From the IMG/VR virus record IMGVR_UViG_3300020045_015663, positions 1 through 25,598 of that record: a stretch of DNA of 25,598 nt; one strand, given 5' to 3'. Source of the DNA: a virus. Lineage: Duplodnaviria; Caudoviricetes. Of the stretch, positions 24,505 to 25,598 are shown piece by piece. Within the stretch, counting starts at the first letter, position 1, and each line of letters begins with the position of its first letter. The notes under the pieces were generated by a model that was not told where the DNA came from, made no database searches, and was given only the letters and a program-made list of their open reading frames with translations. The translations under genes and the position numbers were made by a program.

Positions 24505-25488
24505 ATGCAAGAACAACAACAAAAATATTCGCCTGCCGCGGTTTCGCAAACAAAGATAATCTCCTTACAAAGCGGTAAAGTAGCGCCGCATGCGTTAGAT
24601 CTTGAAAAGGCTGTGCTGGGTGCGATGCTTATTGATGTATCCGGGCGTGATGAAGTACTGCTGATTATTACCGATGCGAATGTGTTTTACAAAGAAGCCC
24701 ATATTCATATTTTCACGGCAATACAATCGCTTTATGCTGCCGCCGAACCTGTAGATATGCTTACGGTGTCGCAAAAGCTTAAAAGCATGAACAGACTGAG
24801 TGATGCGGGTGGCGATTTTTACCTTATCGAACTTACCCAGATGATAAACAGCAGTGCCCACGTAGAGCATCACTCCAGGATACTGCTGCAGTATTACATG
24901 AAAAGGCAAATCATAATGCAAAGCGCCCAGTTTATGGCGAAGGCGTATGATGATGATGTTGATTCGCTGGATTTATTGGATGAATGGAGCGCAGCGCAGG
25001 ACAACATTGCTCAGGTATCGTTCCAGGGCAGGCAGGAACTGAGTTACAAACAGGGTTTGGCAATCGTGACTGAGAAGATACACTTCTTTACCGATAAGAA
25101 AGTGGATGAGATAAGCGGTATTAGTACAGGGTTTGATACTGCCGACAGGTTTACCGGCGGGTGGCAGGCGGGTGATTTGGTTATAATAGCGGCGCGTCCC
25201 GGCATGGGTAAAACATCGGTGCTGTTAAGCGGCGCTATGGCAACGGTAAAGAAAGGCGAAGGCGTGGGTGTTATAAGCGCTGAAATGAGTGCTTACCAGT
25301 GCCATGCCCGTACCATTGCTATGGAAACTAACTTCCACTTAAGGCAAATTACTAAAACAGGTTTTGAAAAGCCGGAATACTTTGTAACGCTGGCCGATAA
25401 TGTGAAGCGTATGGAAAACTATCCGCTGTACATTGATGATAAAGGCCACCCCGATATTAGTTATGTGCAAAGCAAGGCACGCCAATAA
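24505..25488 (+). CDS. dnaB: Replicative DNA helicase DnaB-like, C-terminally truncated at an inversion junction
   Basis: PHALDLEKAVLGAML N-domain, Walker A AARPGMGKT, SAEMS, LYIDD; lacks the DYLQL Walker B and everything after it. Confidence 0.92.
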   Translation: MQEQQQKYSPAAVSQTKIISLQSGKVAPHALDLEKAVLGAMLIDVSGRDEVLLIITDANVFYKEAHIHIFTAIQSLYAAAEPVDMLTVSQKLKSMNRLSDAGGDFYLIELTQMINSSAHVEHHSRILLQYYMKRQIIMQSAQFMAKAYDDDVDSLDLLDEWSAAQDNIAQVSFQGRQELSYKQGLAIVTEKIHFFTDKKVDEISGISTGFDTADRFTGGWQAGDLVIIAARPGMGKTSVLLSGAMATVKKGEGVGVISAEMSAYQCHARTIAMETNFHLRQITKTGFEKPEYFVTLADNVKRMENYPLYIDDKGHPDISYVQSKARQ

Positions 25489-25598
25489 GGATACTCAAAC
25501 CCTTCCGACTCATAAATTTCAAGATATTTATGCCGCATAATATCGCGGTACGCTTCCAGTACATTTTCGCGGAAATCTTCAGCAGAAAGCCCTTCATC
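25478..25598 (-). repeat. 121-bp exact inverted copy of 23150-23270
   Basis: Base-by-base reverse complement, running to the window end. Confidence 0.95.

Noticed and set aside
24505-25488. dnaB as a true pseudogene
   Set aside because: The stop is contributed by the inverted duplicate at the sequence end; there are no other signs of decay.

Overview
The whole window is one temperate siphovirus genome segment. The host is most likely Bacteroidota (Flavobacterium-like), inferred from TAnnTTTG promoter boxes, AT-rich leaders without Shine-Dalgarno sites and the signal-peptide style. Gene order: HK97-fold capsid, head-tail connectors, tail tube, collagen fibre, frameshifted tail chaperones, tape measure, tail tip/fibre genes, holin/M15 endolysin/spanin, an intact attP (3' half of a CAT-anticodon tRNA with arm repeats and an IHF site), tyrosine integrase, two leftward envelope morons, repressor switch, early genes, replication initiator and DnaB. 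The most interesting signals are missing from the ORF track. (1) The tail tube UGA stop is followed in frame by a YGLQ-YGPQ-YG peptide. (2) A hidden 48-aa gene carries three KASTT-type repeats. (3) A 71-aa gene carries three GVSFGI repeats. Each lies next to a putative trimeric fibre gene, suggesting a triple-repeat fibre-docking system. There is also a D-armless tRNA-like RNA, and two genes are flanked by duplicated start-codon junctions. The last 121 bp are an exact inverted copy of 23150-23270, probably a chimera, which explains the DnaB truncation. All product calls come from motif recognition and synteny; no searches were run.
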